A DNA stretch of 63,599 bases, filler included, from Folioceros fuciformis (lineage: Eukaryota): NCBI GenBank assembly GCA_049999805.1. It is 15 parts of 15 records of this genome, joined end to end, with 100 filler letters (N's around TTAATTAATTAA, not from the genome) between each part and the next. Parts side by side here need not be neighbours in the genome. Positions count along the whole stretch, not along the records: positions 58,252 to 62,328 come from JBNGIO010000530.1; positions 62,429 to 63,599 come from JBNGIO010000536.1; 13 more parts are not named here. The stretch is one strand, 5' to 3'. Position 1 is the first letter of the stretch, and the number at the start of each line of letters is the position of its first letter. Below the pieces are notes generated by a model. It ran no database searches. It saw only the letters and a list, made by a program, of their open reading frames with translations, and had not been told where the DNA came from. Position numbers and translations under genes: made by a program. Positions 62,140 through 63,599 of the stretch are shown one piece after another.

Positions 62140-63230
62140 GCAAGAGAAAGATATGAAGGGGTAAGCAGTTACAAACGACTGAACTCAATTTTAGGGTTTC
62201 ATGTAATTCAGCTGACAAGTTCAACTGAAAAGTGGGGTTTGCTTTCTAGGGTATGTGAGGCTGAGGAAACGGTTACCAACCGTCTAGTGTCAGCGGAAGC
62301 TGCAGGGGAAACTGGCGGGAAAAGCCTGNNNNNNNNNNNNNNNNNNNNNNNNNNNNNNNNNNNNNNNNNNNNTTAATTAATTAANNNNNNNNNNNNNNNN
62401 NNNNNNNNNNNNNNNNNNNNNNNNNNNNGATAATGATCTTGGATCGAGTAGGTTTGGGTACGGCCTTCAAACTGTTAATGTCTCTAGGTCTCTGGATCCG
62501 TATGCCTTTGCGTCCATCGCTTGGCTGGGTTATTCCCGCACCTCCTCCATCACACGAGGTCTCGGCATTTGCCCTAGACGACAAGCTCTCGGCATCCGCC
62601 CTAGGGTTAGGACTCTAAAGAATGGGGACCTCCCTTAGTGATAAGCTAAGTTGTCTTTTTCATTAGGGTTACAACTCTAAAGAAGAGGCACAAACACGGT
62701 CTGCGCCTAACGGTCGTATTCCATGAAGCCCGTTTGGCGCACTTTTGAATGTACACCATCCAAGTCACATACCCACATTTAAGCTGTTTTTCAAAAAACA
62801 TATTGTTTGGACATGTCGTGGACACCACACATAATAAAAAATGTTTAAATCAACTCAATCCAACTAAGACATAAAGTAGAAGACCGATTAAATTTTGCCT
62901 AAATACCGAATCCTCCTTCGAGTGCGCTGGTCTACCGGCGTACTGAACAATGTGATTCACTAAAAAGAACCTCTGCTATGAATAAAAAACCTTTACCAGT
63001 CACTTTTAAATAAAGGCATATTGTACCACAAACTGCAAGTATTTTCAAATCTTGTCTATATCAAGTCATGTACGTCTTGGATGGCCTCATAATTGACAAC
63101 TATCTCTACATCCTTCAAGCGCTGGCCCTCTGTGTCACCGAAGTCATCTCCTTCCACCTCAAGAACCGAGAAATGAGGATCGTCCACTGTCTCTGGCAAA
63201 AGCGTGCCATTCTCATCCCAAATGGTCATT

Positions 63231-63599
63231 TGTGAACGAAATTTTTTTTCGGAATCCCCATTTTGAGCGACGGAATGAGCAGGTTGTGATTCTTTTTGTG
63301 AAGGGACAGGCGAATCGGCTTAGTAAGCGAGTAAGACCAGGGTGTTTATACCCAAAGTCCACCTTGGGCTTCGGGGTTTGGGGGTGTACTGGAGATCGGG
63401 ACAAGGAGGAAGGAGGAAGCAGCGAGTGCCTCCCTGACCCTCGAGTCCTTGAGAACATTTAGGTAGGCCAAAGTAAGGGCCGAGACGACGGGGCGACGGT
63501 AGCCAGCAGGGCAACCGTCGCCGGAGGAACGACTGGTGGTAGCCCGATGGGCGGAGAAAGCAGGCAGGGTATAAAAACCCTAGAGAAAGGGGAGCTTTG
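63231..63599 (+). mobile_element. Gypsy-type LTR 5' end (relative of the TGTAGAGGG family)
   Basis: TG start; GGGTGTTTATACCCAAAGTCCACCTTGGGC matches 5081-5110; TATAAAAACCCTAG at 63570. Confidence 0.75.

Noticed and set aside
62429-63230. Possible coding remnant on the minus strand
   Set aside because: Stops in all frames and no family I can support.

Overview
Eukaryotic, almost certainly land-plant, repeat-dense DNA. The window is 15 contig pieces joined by artificial 100-bp linkers (44 N + TTAATTAATTAA + 44 N), so adjacency across a linker is not evidence of genomic adjacency. Most of the sequence is nested, mostly decayed LTR retrotransposons. These include many Ty1/copia pieces (a Tnt1/Tork-like family with a ~280-bp LTR, plus several short-LTR families) and non-chromoviral Ty3/gypsy (Athila/Tat-like) remnants and LTRs. 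There is also one LINE fragment and one PIF/Harbinger transposase pseudogene. The only clear host gene is an intact five-exon CYP71-clan-type cytochrome P450 (35781-33753, minus strand, 520 aa) whose I-helix catalytic Thr is replaced by Pro. Main candidate novelty: five copia elements carry a 0.85-1.15 kb insert between the RNase H stop and the polypurine tract (PPT). Each insert has an intron-like unit on the ANTISENSE strand (four canonical GT-AG, one with a mutated donor). In one case splicing restores a 266-codon frame, suggesting a spliced antisense accessory gene driven from the 3' LTR. Also notable are a chimeric LTR in which one family's promoter segment has been replaced by a whole copia LTR (two copies), and a 1.4-kb fold-back formed by inverted self-insertion. 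All calls are by-eye reading; no database searches were run.
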